This document shows, in pieces, positions 50,070 through 59,850 of a stretch of DNA of 64,000 nt. The translations under genes and the position numbers were made by a program. The notes beneath the pieces are model-generated. The model saw only the letters and a program-made list of their open reading frames with translations. It searched no databases and was not told where the DNA came from. This DNA comes from Clostridia bacterium (GTDB lineage: Bacteria > Bacillota > Clostridia > UMGS1883 > UMGS1540), in contig JAZSDW010000053.1 in NCBI GenBank assembly GCA_045531355.1, positions 85-64,084 of the forward strand, given 5' to 3'. The stretch's first letter is position 1. Every line of letters starts with the position of its first letter.

Positions 50070-51773
50070 ATGGCAAATCGACTTGCGGGCAGTAAAAGCC
50101 CTTATTTATTACAGCATGCAGAAAATCCGGTGGATTGGTACCCTTGGAGCGCAGAGGCTTTTGAAAAAGCGGAAGCGGAGGATAAACCTATTTTACTCAG
50201 CGTTGGCTACAGCGCATGCCACTGGTGTCATGTGATGGCGAAGGAAAGTTTTTCCGATCCGGAGACGGCAATGCTGATAAACCAAAGCTTTATTCCGGTG
50301 AAGGTCGACAGAGAGGAGCGGCCGGATGTAGACAAGGTGTATATGCAGGTGTGCCAGGCGATGACGGGAGCGGGCGGGTGGCCACTCAATGTCCTCTTAA
50401 CGCCCGGGAAAAAGCCTTTTTTTGCAGGCACTTATTATCCGAAGAAGGACAGGAAAGACCTTATTGGATTTGATACCATTTTGAAACGCGCAGCTGAAGC
50501 ATGGAGCGACCGGCGGCAGGAAGTGGTCGATACGGCGGGGAAAATCACCGATGCTATGGGGCGCGAGGCGTCGGCCCTTTATACCGAAACAATTTCGGCA
50601 GATGCCGCAGAAGAGGCGGCGAAAGTTTTGGACGAGGCGTTTGATGTACAGCATGGCGGCTTCGGCGGCGCCCCCAAATTTCCAATGCCGCATCTTTCCA
50701 TGTTTTTGACAGTATATGGCCGCAAATACGCTGATGCCCAGAGTCGGCTTCTGGCAGAAAAAACACTCCGTAAAATCCGTGACGGCGGCCTTTGTGACCA
50801 TGTAGGCGGCGGCTATTTCCGCTACACGGTGGACAGGGGCTGGAGACGGCCGCATTATGAAAAAATGCTGTATGACAACGCACTTTTGGCGCTGGCCTAT
50901 TTCGAGGTCGGTGGCAATTTTCTGGAGTACGGCGAGGAAATTCTGGCGTTTTTATTACGCGAGATGCGTAGTGAGGGGGGCGGATTTTTCAGCGCAATCA
51001 GTGCAGAAAGCGTGGAAGGCGAAGGTGCATTCTATTTATGGGATGCGGCCGAGGTGCGGGGGACACTTGGGAAAGAGGCAAAGGAGTTTTGCCGCGTTTT
51101 TCACATTACCGAGGGTTCTCTCCCTTATGTGGAACGAGAAACGGCAGGCTTCCGGAAGCACCTTGCGGCGCTATATAAAAAGCGGCAGGAACGGCCCAAT
51201 CCGCCGATAGACCGCAAAATTCTGACAAGCTGGAACGCTTTGGCGGCAGTCGCCTTTGCAAAAGGTGGCCAGGCGCTCGGGAAAGAAGAATATACCGAAA
51301 CGGCAAAAGAAATACTGGCGTATATTGATGCAGTGCATCGCACACCATCCGGCCGCCTGTATGCCAAAAGCTTTGGCGGTGAGGCCGGCACAATGGCGTT
51401 TTCAGAGGATTATGCGTATCTTTTGTGGGCACAGCTTACTTTGTGGGAAACGACGGGGGAAGAAGCGTATCTGACGCGCGGGAAGGAGACTTGGGGTGAT
51501 ATTGTCCGCCTTTTCTGGAGCGAGAAGGGCGGCGCGTGGCACACACCGCGGGACGGCGAACAGATGATTTTTAGTTTGATGGAGGGGGACGACGGCGCCA
51601 CACCGCCTGCAAACGCTGTTTTGGCGCTGTGCCTTTATAAATTGTTTCAGGGGACGGGGGATGTGCAGTATAGGACCGATATGGAAAAAATCTTCTATGC
51701 GTTTGGCGGACAAGTCAACGCCGACCCCGCCGCTTTTTGCTTCATGCTTTATGCGAAACTGCAGACGGAATGA
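50070..51773 (+). CDS. thioredoxin-domain protein of the YyaL/DUF255 type
   Basis: 567 aa. N-terminal thioredoxin-like region with CHWCHVMA, followed by a six-hairpin glycosidase-like (alpha/alpha toroid) region. Confidence 0.8.
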   Translation: MANRLAGSKSPYLLQHAENPVDWYPWSAEAFEKAEAEDKPILLSVGYSACHWCHVMAKESFSDPETAMLINQSFIPVKVDREERPDVDKVYMQVCQAMTGAGGWPLNVLLTPGKKPFFAGTYYPKKDRKDLIGFDTILKRAAEAWSDRRQEVVDTAGKITDAMGREASALYTETISADAAEEAAKVLDEAFDVQHGGFGGAPKFPMPHLSMFLTVYGRKYADAQSRLLAEKTLRKIRDGGLCDHVGGGYFRYTVDRGWRRPHYEKMLYDNALLALAYFEVGGNFLEYGEEILAFLLREMRSEGGGFFSAISAESVEGEGAFYLWDAAEVRGTLGKEAKEFCRVFHITEGSLPYVERETAGFRKHLAALYKKRQERPNPPIDRKILTSWNALAAVAFAKGGQALGKEEYTETAKEILAYIDAVHRTPSGRLYAKSFGGEAGTMAFSEDYAYLLWAQLTLWETTGEEAYLTRGKETWGDIVRLFWSEKGGAWHTPRDGEQMIFSLMEGDDGATPPANAVLALCLYKLFQGTGDVQYRTDMEKIFYAFGGQVNADPAAFCFMLYAKLQTE

Positions 51774-51795
51774 CCGAAATTTCAAGCCAAAAGGG

Positions 51796-51825
51796 ATTGA
51801 CAAGAAAATACGGCGTGTGGTATAC
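51796..51825 (+). promoter_or_regulatory. near-consensus promoter of the giant NTPase cassette (TTGACA, 18-nt spacer, extended -10 TGGTATACT)
   Basis: TTGACA at 51796-51801, TATACT at 51820-51825, and TG at -15/-14. Confidence 0.55.
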
Positions 51826-51883
51826 TCTGTTTAAAGAATAAGAGTACGGAAGCGCTATTTATTGTTTGGGAAGCAGCTTTGGA

Positions 51884-51919
51884 AAACTGCCGGACAAATT
51901 CTTTGCCCGGCAGTTTTTT
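51884..51919 (+). terminator. perfect 10-bp hairpin plus T-run between the promoter and the giant-gene start codon (leader attenuator or end of a small RNA)
   Basis: AAACTGCCGG-ACAAATTCTTTGC-CCGGCAGTTT followed by TTTCG. It sits about 60 nt downstream of the -10 and about 30 nt upstream of the ATG at 51951. Confidence 0.5.
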
Positions 51920-51950
51920 CGTAGATAAAAGAAGGAAGGGAACGATCAGG

Positions 51951-54900
51951 ATGCACAATGCCGGAAACGCAGAATACATGCAAAAACTATTCGATCTTAT
52001 GGGCAAGACGGCGAAGATAGAAAGAACGGACGGACAAGTGCTGGAAGGCGTTGTGCGCAGTGTCTCGCTTGACGGGGCGGAGCTTCTACAGGACGGGGCT
52101 GTCGTGGCGATTTCGTTTGACGAGATGAAGACGCTCCATGTCCCTGAAGCAGAGAAAAAGGCGGAAGCGGATTTCAAAGCCAATGCGCTTGAAAATTTAA
52201 TTTTATCGGGGCCGGCAGGAAAGGTGCAGGCAATTTTAAAAAATGCTAATTTTTGTAAAAAAGTCGGTCTTTCGGCGAAAGAAGCCGACGAAATTTTGGA
52301 GCGTATTCAAAAGGGAAAACTCCCGTGGGATATGGATCCATGCTCCATGGCCTTCCGGTATCGCGTGCTTTTGAGGGAAAAGGGGAATCCGGAAAACATA
52401 GAGGCGCTCTATAGGAAAGCTATCGAAAATGGCTCGCCGTCTAAGGCGGTGGCGATTTTAGAGCTGCTTCGCCTTTACATAAAGAAAGAAGCGTATTTAG
52501 AAGCGGCTGCACTTTACGAACAGGAGGCGGCTTTTTTAGGCGAGGAAGCATATGCACATATGACGGCGTATGGCACGGCTTTGGCGCATACAAAAGGAAA
52601 AGCGGCGTTGGAGGCGTTTTTAGCGGCGCATCCCGATTTACAAACCTATTCGACAAACAAAAACTATTTCCAGAAGCTTTTGCAAAAGCTGGAGGAAGAG
52701 GCCGGGATGGAAGCGGCGGAAGCGTTGCCGGAGGCGAACTTTACAGAGGAGCCTGTCCGCGTATGGCGCCGCGCAGATTATATGCGAAGAGCCGCGAAAA
52801 GCGGGCAAGAGGATGCGTATCTTGCCTTTTATCAGTTTTTGTATGAAACCGGCGAGAGCGATGCGCCAATTTTGGCGGCATTGATGCTGCATAGCAGCCG
52901 GATCTGGACCTCTGCAAAGGCCAGAGAGGATTTCCGCACGCTTTGCCGTGCACACTATCCAACAGATGTAGAGACGAGTCTTGCCGGTGCTTTTTCCGAA
53001 GTGCTCACAGGGGCAGACCCCGAAGCCGGTATCCGCTTTCTGAAAAAGTGGCACCCCATTATGGCGGGCGAGCAGGATACGGCACTGAAGATATTAAACC
53101 GCGAAGGGCATGATGCGGAAAGTCCGGAAATCGTGGCGGCGATGGTCGGCGCCTGTCAAATGCCGGAAGCGTGGAGACGCCTTCGGACATTTTATCAGTA
53201 TAAAGGAATCGAGTGCGAGGGCAACATTTTGTATGCTATCGCGTATTATAGCCCAAATGCGCAGGATTTGTACCTTTTGCAAACCTTTGCAAGAGAAAAC
53301 GGGCAAGCTGTGCTCGGGACGAGTGCGGCAATGCTTCGTATGTCCCGGGATGTACATAATCCCGTTACAGTGCGAAATGCCTGCCAAAGTCTTGTAAGTC
53401 TAGGCGAAGCAGATGCGCCGGTTCCTGCGGCGACGGCGGAAAGCTTTTTCCGAACGCTTTCAGCCACGGCGGACAAAAATCCGGCTTTCGCGGTGGAAAT
53501 TCTCCATGCCGGGCAGCAGTTTGCCTTGCGTCGGGGCGAGACGGAGGCGTTTATAGCGGCCTGTGGGTCCAATCTTTCCAGGGCGCCGAAAAGCTTTGCG
53601 GTGTTTGCGCTGGAGGCTTATCGTATTTGTCCGGAAGAAGAAGAAACCATGCAAATGACAAAGCACCTTCTGGAAACTGCGCCGTCTTTTCGCGGCAAAG
53701 TGCCCACACAGGCGCTTTTAGAAAATCCGGAGTCCCTGTCGAAAAAAGGGGCGGAGAGTCATCTTGCGAGGCAGCTGATTCGCATGCTTACCGGCCTAAA
53801 TGTGCGAAAAATGTACGAAATGATTACCGAGGCGGTTGCCGACCCTGCAGAGACGGGGCTTTCGTCTGCCATTGAAGGCGGGCGTTTGCTGCTTGCGCAT
53901 TTCCCAGGGGAGGGACTTTTATTTGAGGCCATGTATTATTTGCTCGCGGCACGGGGCGATATGGGAGATGCCGCAGAGATGTATACGATGTTGTATCAAT
54001 ATCTGACCAATACGAAAAATGAGCCGAATTTGTTCGTGCATTACGCAAAACGGCTATACTGCGGCCTTGTTTATTTGGAAAGAAAGGGCATAGAGATTAT
54101 AGATGCACCAAAGGATGCAGCTGCACTTTTAAGGTTTTTTGAGCGGGGGAATACAGATGCAACGCTTGCAGAAGAATTTTCCGCTTTCCGGCATCGCGTT
54201 TTGATGCTGGATGGGGAACCAGCGCGTTTTTCGGCGCTTTTGTTTGCTGGCCTCACCGGCACCTGGAAGCCGTTTATGGATTTGTCGGTAGAAGAGACCG
54301 ACGGGACTTTTTTGACAACCGAAACCGACATGTTCATGCACGAGGTGGGGCGGTATAATTTCCTGCGAAGCCTTGCAGCAAGGATTCTGGAAAATGAAGA
54401 GTGGCAGCATTTTATCGGCCTTTTAACCGAAACAGAGCGTGCACAGATTGAGGCGGTGGAGGCCACTGGCTATGGTGAGGCCGAAAAACGGATGGCTCTC
54501 TCACTTTTGCGGTGCAAGATTTTAGATAAAACGGGGAGTGAGTTTCTGGCAGAAAAGATTTTTGCCACAACTTCACCGGAAACCTTCGGCGCGCTTTTAC
54601 CGGTTGTGCGGACGCTGATGCTAGACAGCGTGCTCATTGAAGGTATGCGCAAGGTGCCTGCCGCGTTTTTGGAGGAAGCAGCACGGACTGTGATGGAACA
54701 AAAGGAAACGGTGCCGCATCAGATTTTAAATAAGACCTACCGCGACTTTTTGCGGGCCTTTTCCAACCTTCTTTTCTCGCGCGGCCTTTACAAGGAAGCA
54801 GACCCTATTTTGGGACTTCTTTTTACGACCGACGAGAGCGCGTATCGGCATAGCCCCGAAAACCGATATGCAAATTTAACACATGCCATCTGCCGGCAGC

Positions 54901-57563
54901 GGCAAAAATTCTGTAAGCTTGTATGCCGCGATCCGGAAGAAGTAGAAAAGTTTCATACCACAACGGAATATAAAAAGCTGATTAACATTTTTGCGGTACA
55001 ATTCGCTTCCGACCGGCAGAGGGATTGGGCAAAGATTGCGCCGCTGATGACGGTTTTGCAAAAGCGGCTTTGCGCCGGGATTTACTATGTCCTTGTTGGC
55101 AAAGGCGAGGAATTTGAAGCGCAGGCGCTGGCAATACAGGCGCAGAATCCCGCTATGGCGGAGGCGCTCTTTTACTATGCGGAGCGAAAGTTCCGCGATG
55201 CACGCTGGCGGGAAAGATGCCGGCAGTATCTGCCGCCGACGCGTGACGACGAAGAGACGATGTATTTTATGAGCCCCAAAGAGCATGGAAGCGTGCGCCG
55301 TCTCCCGATTTTAGAGATTTTAGAGCTCGGCGAAAACCCGGCAGATGGTGCTGAAGCGGGCGGCGCAGCCGTAAAGCCTGCGACAGGTGGCGAAAAAATC
55401 CGCCGTGCCATCCGCGGAGAGGAATTTCTGGAAATGGCACTTGGAAAGTATGTACTTTCGTTTGCTACGGAAACGGAAGCGCTTATGCCCTGCCGCGAAG
55501 CGTTGCCGCTTTATATGAATGAACCGACGATTGAAAACGGCGTAGCGGTTCTTCGTGCGAAGGACTTTCTGGACACGGCCGATGCCCTTCTTCGGGCGTT
55601 TTACGCAAACTTTGCGCTTTATATTTATAAGGAAGCGGAGAATATGGATGATCACGAGGCATGCTTTGCCTTTGTGCCGGATCTTTTGACCTGTCTCTCG
55701 GCAGTTTCGGCAATTCCGCCGCATTCTGCTGAACTTTTCGACGATGTGATTCGCAGTATTTTAATGCGCTTTGAAAGCTTTGAGGATTATAGACGCTACT
55801 TTTTAAAGCATGCAGGACACATCAGCAAGCTTTTACAAAGCGCAGATGCAGAAGCCATCCGCGATGTTGAGCTTTACTTTGCCGTTGCAAAAAACATTCT
55901 GGATATGGAGGAAAACTGGGACGGCGAAACGAAACTGGGAATAATCCGCGAGCAGAACAGGCTGATTGCGGCGCATGGTGCAGGTGTGGACGAGGCGTTT
56001 GTTTCTGATTTAATCCTGAAGGTCGGCGAAGTGGAGGATTTCTTAAAGGACCAGCCGCTTCTGACAATTCACATTGACCAGGAGACGCTTTCTGCAGGGA
56101 GCCCCCTGACCGGTTATATCGAAAACAGTGGCCACGCGGCGGCGGAGAAGGCGATTTTAAAATTTACGGCGGCCAGCGGCGAAACGAGGACCGTGCAGAT
56201 GCGCACCTTGTTTGGAGATTACCACGCGCCCTTTGCATTTCCGCTGGTGAAAGAGGCGGGAGAAAGCATTTCGGGCACGCTTTGTGTGAGCTATATCTGG
56301 AATGAGGAAGAAAGAAGCCTTACAAAGCGCGTGGGAGAGATTCCGGTTCTGCCGCGTGCGGCGTTCCCTTTAAATACGATGCCGGGCTTTGCTATTCCGG
56401 TCTCTGAAACGGAAAAATATTTTATTGGCCGGACAGAAGAAATCGAGAGCTTCAAAAATGAATTTTACACGCTTAAAGCGGGCGAAGACGGCGAAGTTGT
56501 CCGCGAAGTCCGGGACCCGAAAGAGGTGCCGGTCATGGTTGTGAACGGCCCGAAGCGCGTCGGGAAATCTTCTCTTTTGCACCGTGTGGAAAAAATCGTG
56601 GAAACCTTGCCTTCGCATTGGGTATATGTCCATTTTGATGCCCAGGGGGTGCGGTCGCTCCACGAAGCCTTTGTCAAGGGCTTTTATATGAGCTGGAAGA
56701 TAGACGGCGTGTCTATTGACGAGATGGAGGCGTACGAGAAGGTGCGGCATCTCGAGCCGGCGGAGGACGCACAGATAAGCGCTTTGGAACTTGGACGGTA
56801 TTATGCGGCTTGCCGCGATGTCTTTGCACCGGGGAAGCAGATTTTGTTCCTGATTGACGAGATTGAGGCTGTTATCCGGCACACCACGCCGGAAAATCTG
56901 TTCAACATGCTGCAATTTGCCATGAAAAACTTAAACGATGTGATAAGCTTCCTCATCTGCGGCTCGGACGATCTGACAAATCTCATGTTTGAAATGGAGA
57001 ACAAAACGCAGTTTTTCCAGCTCGCCAAAAATTTCCCTGTCGGGAAAATGCCGCGGCATGAATACGATGCACTTTTAGATGCGTTCTCTGTGCGAACCGG
57101 CCTTGTGCCGGATGTGCAGGCGCGGGAGGCACTGTGGCTTTTGACGCGCGGGCAGATTTATTATACGCACCTCATTTTCAATAAGCTTGTTGATTTATAT
57201 CGCGCAGAGCCTGTGCGCTGCACGCGGTGCGACATGCGCCTTTACGATGTCTATTTCGCGTTTGATGCTTTACAAAGCGGAAGTGAGATGTTCTCCGGAC
57301 TTACCGGGATGTTTGATCATTACCAGTCCGGCGAAAAAGAGGTAATTGCCTGTATTGCCCAACATGCGCCGGCGCCGTCTGCGGGGCTTCGTCTTGAGGC
57401 GATTCAAAGGCGCTGCACGGTGCCGGATGTAGAAAAGGCACTCTCGCGGCTGGAGGCAAGAGGCTTTGTCCGTCTCCAGGGCGGACACTATATGATGTCC
57501 TCGGAAATGTATCGCGTAGCGTTTGGCAAATATGCGGCCGCCGCGCTTTACTTCAGAGAATAG
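51951..57563 (+). CDS. giant (1,870 aa) alpha-helical-repeat protein with a C-terminal ORC/Cdc6-like 'archaeal-type' P-loop NTPase and winged-helix domain
   Basis: Start at the ATG at 51951 after a GAAGGAAGGG RBS; the ORF-track start at 51879 lies inside the leader hairpin. About 70 aa of beta-rich N-terminus, then about 1,400 aa of TPR/HEAT-like helical sequence. The C-terminal module has FIGRTEEIE, Walker A VMVVNGPKRVGKSSLL (nt ~56545-56580), Walker B ILFLIDEIE (nt ~56841-56867), an LTRGQIYYTHL motif, and a wH-like tail. Confidence 0.75.
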   Translation: MHNAGNAEYMQKLFDLMGKTAKIERTDGQVLEGVVRSVSLDGAELLQDGAVVAISFDEMKTLHVPEAEKKAEADFKANALENLILSGPAGKVQAILKNANFCKKVGLSAKEADEILERIQKGKLPWDMDPCSMAFRYRVLLREKGNPENIEALYRKAIENGSPSKAVAILELLRLYIKKEAYLEAAALYEQEAAFLGEEAYAHMTAYGTALAHTKGKAALEAFLAAHPDLQTYSTNKNYFQKLLQKLEEEAGMEAAEALPEANFTEEPVRVWRRADYMRRAAKSGQEDAYLAFYQFLYETGESDAPILAALMLHSSRIWTSAKAREDFRTLCRAHYPTDVETSLAGAFSEVLTGADPEAGIRFLKKWHPIMAGEQDTALKILNREGHDAESPEIVAAMVGACQMPEAWRRLRTFYQYKGIECEGNILYAIAYYSPNAQDLYLLQTFARENGQAVLGTSAAMLRMSRDVHNPVTVRNACQSLVSLGEADAPVPAATAESFFRTLSATADKNPAFAVEILHAGQQFALRRGETEAFIAACGSNLSRAPKSFAVFALEAYRICPEEEETMQMTKHLLETAPSFRGKVPTQALLENPESLSKKGAESHLARQLIRMLTGLNVRKMYEMITEAVADPAETGLSSAIEGGRLLLAHFPGEGLLFEAMYYLLAARGDMGDAAEMYTMLYQYLTNTKNEPNLFVHYAKRLYCGLVYLERKGIEIIDAPKDAAALLRFFERGNTDATLAEEFSAFRHRVLMLDGEPARFSALLFAGLTGTWKPFMDLSVEETDGTFLTTETDMFMHEVGRYNFLRSLAARILENEEWQHFIGLLTETERAQIEAVEATGYGEAEKRMALSLLRCKILDKTGSEFLAEKIFATTSPETFGALLPVVRTLMLDSVLIEGMRKVPAAFLEEAARTVMEQKETVPHQILNKTYRDFLRAFSNLLFSRGLYKEADPILGLLFTTDESAYRHSPENRYANLTHAICRQRQKFCKLVCRDPEEVEKFHTTTEYKKLINIFAVQFASDRQRDWAKIAPLMTVLQKRLCAGIYYVLVGKGEEFEAQALAIQAQNPAMAEALFYYAERKFRDARWRERCRQYLPPTRDDEETMYFMSPKEHGSVRRLPILEILELGENPADGAEAGGAAVKPATGGEKIRRAIRGEEFLEMALGKYVLSFATETEALMPCREALPLYMNEPTIENGVAVLRAKDFLDTADALLRAFYANFALYIYKEAENMDDHEACFAFVPDLLTCLSAVSAIPPHSAELFDDVIRSILMRFESFEDYRRYFLKHAGHISKLLQSADAEAIRDVELYFAVAKNILDMEENWDGETKLGIIREQNRLIAAHGAGVDEAFVSDLILKVGEVEDFLKDQPLLTIHIDQETLSAGSPLTGYIENSGHAAAEKAILKFTAASGETRTVQMRTLFGDYHAPFAFPLVKEAGESISGTLCVSYIWNEEERSLTKRVGEIPVLPRAAFPLNTMPGFAIPVSETEKYFIGRTEEIESFKNEFYTLKAGEDGEVVREVRDPKEVPVMVVNGPKRVGKSSLLHRVEKIVETLPSHWVYVHFDAQGVRSLHEAFVKGFYMSWKIDGVSIDEMEAYEKVRHLEPAEDAQISALELGRYYAACRDVFAPGKQILFLIDEIEAVIRHTTPENLFNMLQFAMKNLNDVISFLICGSDDLTNLMFEMENKTQFFQLAKNFPVGKMPRHEYDALLDAFSVRTGLVPDVQAREALWLLTRGQIYYTHLIFNKLVDLYRAEPVRCTRCDMRLYDVYFAFDALQSGSEMFSGLTGMFDHYQSGEKEVIACIAQHAPAPSAGLRLEAIQRRCTVPDVEKALSRLEARGFVRLQGGHYMMSSEMYRVAFGKYAAAALYFRE

Positions 57564-57579
57564 GAAAGGACGGGAGAAG

Positions 57580-58932
57580 ATGAGAAATCCGTTTGAAGGC
57601 GAAAGCTATTATACGGCAAAACGCGAAAAACTCAGGGAGCGGATGGATGACTGGATGGAACTGGCGGAGAAAAACCATGCCGCAGTTTGCTGCGGCATCT
57701 ATGGACTTGCAGGCACGGGGAAAAGCCGGTTTTTGCAGAGTTACTTTACAGAGGAAAAAAGAATGGAGCTCGCAGCGCGTGGCCAGCTTTATCCTATGGT
57801 AATTGCGGCCGTGGAACCGGATCCGGAGCAGATGTTCGACGAGATACAGATGTCCATCGCCGCGTATGCAGAAAAATATGTGCCGGCAGAAAAATGCCCC
57901 GCGTTTCCAACGGCCGCAGAGGAGCCGGTCAGCCAGTACCGCCTGAAAAAAACGGTGCGCCTTTTGCGGGCAGCCGGCTACAGGGTGTCGGTAGTGATTG
58001 ATGAGTTTCACCGGATTTCCCAGAGCGAAACGCTTGGGAAAGGGCATTATGATGCGTTCCGCAGGCTATATGCGGATCCGGAAACCCATATGCGGTATGT
58101 GGTGGCGACGGATAGCGATTTCGACCCTGGTAACCGTACACACGCCGAGACTTTTACCACTTCCTTTTTCGTACATATTTTTGAGTCCAGCTTCATAACG
58201 GCAGGGGGCCTTAGCCGCGAGGAATGCACACGGTTTTTAGAAGGCTTTTTATGGGGCGGCGAAACGCTACCCTTTTCCGACGAAGAGCTGGAACGAATTT
58301 ACACCTTATCCGGCGGCATTCCGGAGCTCGTGCGCCGTGCGGCGAAAAATTTGTTTGACTTAAAGCAGGGCATGGGGGAAGAATCCGAGCTTGAAAAATG
58401 GTTGCTTGAGGATGGTCGCGCACAGATGCAAAGCTGGTCACACACATTGTCCGCGGTGCAGAAGGCGCTTTTAGTTAAAGCGGCAGGCGAGGGCATCAAA
58501 ACCTTCTATGAAGGGAATGAGCATTCGGCAAGCGATATTCTTACAAAACGCGGCTTTTTTTCACAGCGGGGCGAGGGCACAACTTACGGACAGATGCGGA
58601 AGAAACATTTTGTTTGCACCTTGTTCCGGCAATATGCGGAGAAAAATTTTGCGGAAGAGTATGCGTCTATCTATGGCGCCGAGGGGCAGAACCTGCTGGG
58701 GGAGGAACAACGCTTTGTTCTGGAGCTTGTGCGGAAAACGAAACAGGAATATGAGGCAGAGCTCCGCCGGCTTACGGCAGAGGACCGGCGCGTTTTTGCC
58801 ACGCGTCCCCGGCGGGAGCGGGACTACGAAAAGCTATGCAAAATGGAAGAAAAGCTGGCGGGCGCACCGCTGGAAACATGGGAAATCCGCACGATAGAGA
58901 TGGAATGCGAAAAGCTGTCGGCGAAATTATAG
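57580..58932 (+). CDS. stand-alone P-loop NTPase paralogous to the C-terminal module of the giant protein (ORC/Cdc6-like 'archaeal ATPase' type)
   Basis: 450 aa from the ATG at 57580. N-terminal NPFEGESYYTAKREKL, Walker A GIYGLAGTGKSRFL, Walker B RVSVVIDEFHRI, and an LSGGIPELV motif. The C-terminal ~150 aa is charged and helical. Confidence 0.7.
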   Translation: MRNPFEGESYYTAKREKLRERMDDWMELAEKNHAAVCCGIYGLAGTGKSRFLQSYFTEEKRMELAARGQLYPMVIAAVEPDPEQMFDEIQMSIAAYAEKYVPAEKCPAFPTAAEEPVSQYRLKKTVRLLRAAGYRVSVVIDEFHRISQSETLGKGHYDAFRRLYADPETHMRYVVATDSDFDPGNRTHAETFTTSFFVHIFESSFITAGGLSREECTRFLEGFLWGGETLPFSDEELERIYTLSGGIPELVRRAAKNLFDLKQGMGEESELEKWLLEDGRAQMQSWSHTLSAVQKALLVKAAGEGIKTFYEGNEHSASDILTKRGFFSQRGEGTTYGQMRKKHFVCTLFRQYAEKNFAEEYASIYGAEGQNLLGEEQRFVLELVRKTKQEYEAELRRLTAEDRRVFATRPRRERDYEKLCKMEEKLAGAPLETWEIRTIEMECEKLSAKL

Positions 58933-58941
58933 GAGAAAACG

Positions 58942-59421
58942 ATGAATAAAAGCATGATGGAAGAACTTCGGGCAAGCCGGTGGGACCTATACAGACGGCA
59001 GCCGCTTTTTTGGCGGTTGCTTTGCTCGCTGGCGTGGCATGACCCGGATTACAGTATGTTTATCGCCGGTATTTTGTCCGGCTTTCCGGCAACCTTCCTT
59101 TTAAATTTGGTTACAATGCAATTTTCAGAAATCCGCCGTCCGGCCCTTTATATGTCCTTTTATGCTGTGTGCATGGTTTGCTCGGTGGTGTTCTGCTGGG
59201 CGGGCTTCCGGCTCTCTGTTCTGCACGCCGAGGTGCACCGGAAAGCGCAGAAAATGGCTGAAAAAGGATTTGGAACGAGCGAGGAAAAACGAAATGAGCT
59301 TGTTGTTGCCTTCGCGGCGCTCTATCCGGAGAAAATCCGGAAAAATGCGATATTTTTCTTCGTAAGTGCAGCGGTGACAGTCCTTTCCATTGTGGCGATT
59401 TGCCTTGTGCAGATTCTGTAA
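58942..59421 (+). CDS. small polytopic membrane protein (159 aa, 3-4 TM), third gene of the cassette
   Basis: Hydrophobic segments LFWRLLCSLAW, FIAGILSGFPATFLLNLV, LYMSFYAVCMVCSVVFCWAGF and IFFFVSAAVTVLSIVAICLVQIL. It starts 10 nt after the preceding stop and has an AGGAG RBS. Confidence 0.6.
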   Translation: MNKSMMEELRASRWDLYRRQPLFWRLLCSLAWHDPDYSMFIAGILSGFPATFLLNLVTMQFSEIRRPALYMSFYAVCMVCSVVFCWAGFRLSVLHAEVHRKAQKMAEKGFGTSEEKRNELVVAFAALYPEKIRKNAIFFFVSAAVTVLSIVAICLVQIL

Positions 59422-59443
59422 ATTAAAAATTTTCAAAAAAAGC

Positions 59444-59472
59444 TTGACAAAGACCGGGAAAGTGTGTATACT
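59444..59472 (+). promoter_or_regulatory. promoter of the ylxM-ffh operon (TTGACA, 17-nt spacer, TATACT)
   Basis: Hexamers at 59444-59449 and 59467-59472. Confidence 0.55.
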
Positions 59473-59520
59473 CTTTATCTGTAAACGATTTTTACTTTAC
59501 ACCTAAAGGAACGGGTGCAC

Positions 59521-59850
59521 ATGAAAAAGAATCTGAGTGCCGGCTACCTTCTCGATTTTTATGGCCCGCTTTTGACCGGGCGGCAACGGGAAGCGCTGGA
59601 TATGTATTATAATATGGATTGCTCGCTGGCAGAAATTGCAGAAACCTTCGGCGTCACGCGGCAAGGTGTGCGCGGCTTTATTCTGCAAGGGGAAAAGCGG
59701 CTTTTGGAAATGGAAGCGGCCATTGGCCACGCGGCGCTTTATCAGGCTGCGGCAGAGATGCTTCCGGCCGCAGAGGAAGGCGGCGAACGGCTCCGGAAAG
59801 CGGCAGAAGTTTTGCGGGCATGTCTGGAAAGGGAAACGGATGGCGTTTGA
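59521..59850 (+). CDS. ylxM: YlxM/UPF0122 putative DNA-binding protein upstream of ffh
   Basis: Start at MKKNLSAGYLLDFYGPLLT. HTH-like segment CSLAEIAETFGVTRQGV. The position is conserved before ffh. Confidence 0.75.
   Translation: MKKNLSAGYLLDFYGPLLTGRQREALDMYYNMDCSLAEIAETFGVTRQGVRGFILQGEKRLLEMEAAIGHAALYQAAAEMLPAAEEGGERLRKAAEVLRACLERETDGV

Noticed and set aside
59636-59839. N-terminal 68-aa extension of the ffh ORF in the track
   Set aside because: The conserved Ffh N-terminus MAFESLGEKLQ begins at 59840. The extension overlaps ylxM in another frame and has no RBS.
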